Virus record (IMG/VR): IMGVR_UViG_3300035670_013228
Coordinates: 32,001-96,000 of that record
Length of the DNA: 64,000 nt
DNA from: a virus
Reading direction: 5' to 3' (one strand)
Below the pieces are notes generated by a model that saw nothing but the letters and a program-made list of their open reading frames with translations, did not search any database and was not told the origin of the DNA. How positions within the stretch are numbered: position 1 is the first letter of the stretch; each line of letters begins with the position of its first letter. The translations under genes were made by a program, and so were the position numbers. Below, piece after piece: positions 63,001 to 64,000 of this stretch.

Positions 63001-64000
63001 CCTGATGGACCTAAACTTTACGAAAGAGATCAGAATATAGTTGGAATTGGTATGAAAGGCGCATATCATCCTAATTTTGGTATAACTTACGAAAGTAACC
63101 CATCGTTTGCTGGTCCAGTTATAGACGAAGACGGAAGAATACAATACGACACTAATCTTAATGGTGGTTTACAAGGAGATGGAGAAAAAACATATATATT
63201 TGATTTATATAACGATACAGCAACTATATTGGAACAAATTAGTAATTTCGATATTCATAGAAAACCTAGATTATTACTTATTCGAGGATTATCGGGCGTC
63301 GGACCGAACACCGGCAAGAGGTACTATAATATGGAACCCTTTTATAGTAATAGGGGTGGATATAGATTAAATAATATTGATTATATAGGATCTCCTAAGT
63401 TTTTTCTTTACGGGGATCCGTCGATCACACACCAACCTGATCCTTACATTATACAAGAACGAAGTGGTGATGCTTTAACAAGTTATTTGAACTTTATTAA
63501 TGATCTAAATAGACAAGCCAATGCTCCCATACTAGTGCCAGCAAGACCAAAAACAAATCTGTCTTTAGACTATATTTTACAGACTCAACCAGGTTTGGAA
63601 CAATGCGAAAATTCCGACTTACCGGTTGGTGGTGTTGATGGATTTCCTATAAATATTGCTAATTTATGGGGACAAAATATTAAAAATTGGCCAGACAAGA
63701 ATAGATTTTGGAATCCTATTTTTACTTCTGATCCTAGAGTAGTTAGATTTTATGGGTCTAGACCATACTTTAGGATTCCAGAAAAACGAACAGTAGAAGA
63801 CCTTTCTGATACTATCGATTCGTTAGATGACTTTATGTCGCAAACAGACATTTTGCCAGAATTAGTATCTAATACTATTTTATTATTCAAAAGTGGTTAT
63901 TATTTTTATGCTGGACCCACACGAACAGTTGCTACTAGCTATATTTTTGTTGGTAGAGATATCAGCATATTAACTAATTATAGTAATTTAAATATAGATT
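60052..64000 (+). CDS. Large Cys-containing hypothetical virion protein, 3'-truncated (>1,316 aa), absent from the ORF track
   Basis: ATG at 60052, two bases after the previous TAA. I read frame 1 codon by codon to base 64000 and found no stop (MGCGIYTKSF...NYSNLNID). Confidence 0.85.
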   Translation, partial: MGCGIYTKSFIDDININTASINIDALRLITSFQLYSDNISGLWQPIVIEESQSSAIYCEPLIQVKKDFNNALNPCNCSNNQIRDLTNNYYDIYNETDFNCNYCCNPCTGILDNDPEDPENEPLTTSCDVQFHSDDFLAKVPVLNQSYISGFYDWKHLKQFPACNNPGLGIEQFISFSGFAIDWKLKETISEIPYDSTTSYHINEYTHNKSYEKSELLSSTCGNFILLSLDPEYNNYRVQYSGMFGALGTSAIIPTVESFTKPYGFSENNYKNIFLNRQKRASHWKWQYTSGIMGWYRYFDIGRVNDQRPIPGVDFYISPGDVFFAKNEGPEPANTNFDFDEPPGPSHPSEGELPKCPSGLKVVDGTTFLGIIPPSSNFIYISQNLYERFYNLYSTYTEIGLNHNKAFNLSALMCTSPLYDGITTNLLDKEARNLYSEFNDFEQIDLLNKNMLRGTKYDSANNLNYISNREELVKTLYAKYGGYEWIPPRSTVIKNLPIDNRSNSVYIDLDFDMVMDIDKVKFRNINSKPYRVCESSPMDDERISKKFYYDQHLEFGNLNVKTSVDTNLRFSNPCDPENSSYSIYGNIVYNDVVLKSKPIFSGVTSFTNKYTNNTFNRSYKAIAFNPHLDLLATHPNGGIYFNAGSFGENETVVFNTNITSARSNGISITFTTKDVGIKLYKVYAAKLQSDTPGTESCLRFPADESKCKCYGLNISHYNNHPISCDTSRIRLSSSPFFVPGLSTKYSPRLKRYGGYSIEEVIRLFGIGALYADGTPQENSQFLPIIDKKLDPEYPYECEQSATIKLTNYSTTNYYTTLKNFSTRYSDIYISIYEPSDLLGQQWIYVQTDGDQDVFVENTSWKRFLNKVTANNVTVYDQQEKILFQKGSNITDPLLISITNPFINALLGNSNERLSIPTVITDSITNQVLAFSDPCDPFRGYIPPETTIRTGRNRGDEISETYITIKQKPRKQFLAYRVYNIPASPDGPKLYERDQNIVGIGMKGAYHPNFGITYESNPSFAGPVIDEDGRIQYDTNLNGGLQGDGEKTYIFDLYNDTATILEQISNFDIHRKPRLLLIRGLSGVGPNTGKRYYNMEPFYSNRGGYRLNNIDYIGSPKFFLYGDPSITHQPDPYIIQERSGDALTSYLNFINDLNRQANAPILVPARPKTNLSLDYILQTQPGLEQCENSDLPVGGVDGFPINIANLWGQNIKNWPDKNRFWNPIFTSDPRVVRFYGSRPYFRIPEKRTVEDLSDTIDSLDDFMSQTDILPELVSNTILLFKSGYYFYAGPTRTVATSYIFVGRDISILTNYSNLNID

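Noticed and set aside
1640-63370. Numerous short (60-150 aa) ORFs listed antisense or out-of-frame inside the long genes, e.g. 1640-1861, 13892-14227, 16455-16829, 29734-30072, 34165-34518, 38611-38988, 58777-59223
   Set aside because: They are fully nested in long ORFs with coherent domain content, and their translations show no recognisable domain. Treated as shadow ORFs.
1-64000. CRISPR array, tRNA, rRNA, IS element or integrase
   Set aside because: No regularly spaced DNA repeats with unique spacers, the intergenic gaps are almost all too short, and no recombinase or transposase motifs were seen.
1-64000. Alternative genetic code (stop reassignment)
   Set aside because: Very long ORFs are intact under code 11, and TAA, TAG and TGA all end genes at tight junctions or overlaps.

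Overview
AT-rich (roughly 30% GC by eye), almost fully coding, + strand virion morphogenesis region of a large tailed dsDNA phage. Standard stop codons work throughout. Gene order: BppU-like protein (partial), a 4,465-aa fibre/adhesin, collagen, FN3, LamG and Mtd_N/YHYH fibre or decoration genes, head closure, neck and terminator-like genes, a tail tube protein with two repeated halves, three assembly genes, a 6,196-aa tape measure protein (TMP), a 1,517-aa beta-roll fibre, two paralogous distal-tail-like genes, hub and spike-like genes, and a >1,316-aa ORF that runs off the window and is missing from the ORF track. No sheath gene is visible, which suggests a siphovirus. Main result: the TMP looks like a modular polyprotein. 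Its helical tape-measure segments are interleaved with enzyme-like cargo: a P-loop kinase, an HxGH nucleotidyltransferase, a HAD phosphatase, a PD-(D/E)xK-like domain, a GNAT, three HExxH zincins and SHD1-like domains. Most cargo blocks are bounded by short xxGG motifs and by nine copies of a GTDTVPAMLTPGEFV-type module. Second result: the only minus-strand gene (FN3 x4) abuts a convergent FN3-LamG gene. The two share an in-frame 34-bp imperfect inverted repeat that would swap their C-termini, and they carry complementary orphan or missing FN3 beta-strands. The SHD1-like domains hint at a Planctomycetota-type host. All domain calls come from reading motifs by eye; no database search was run.
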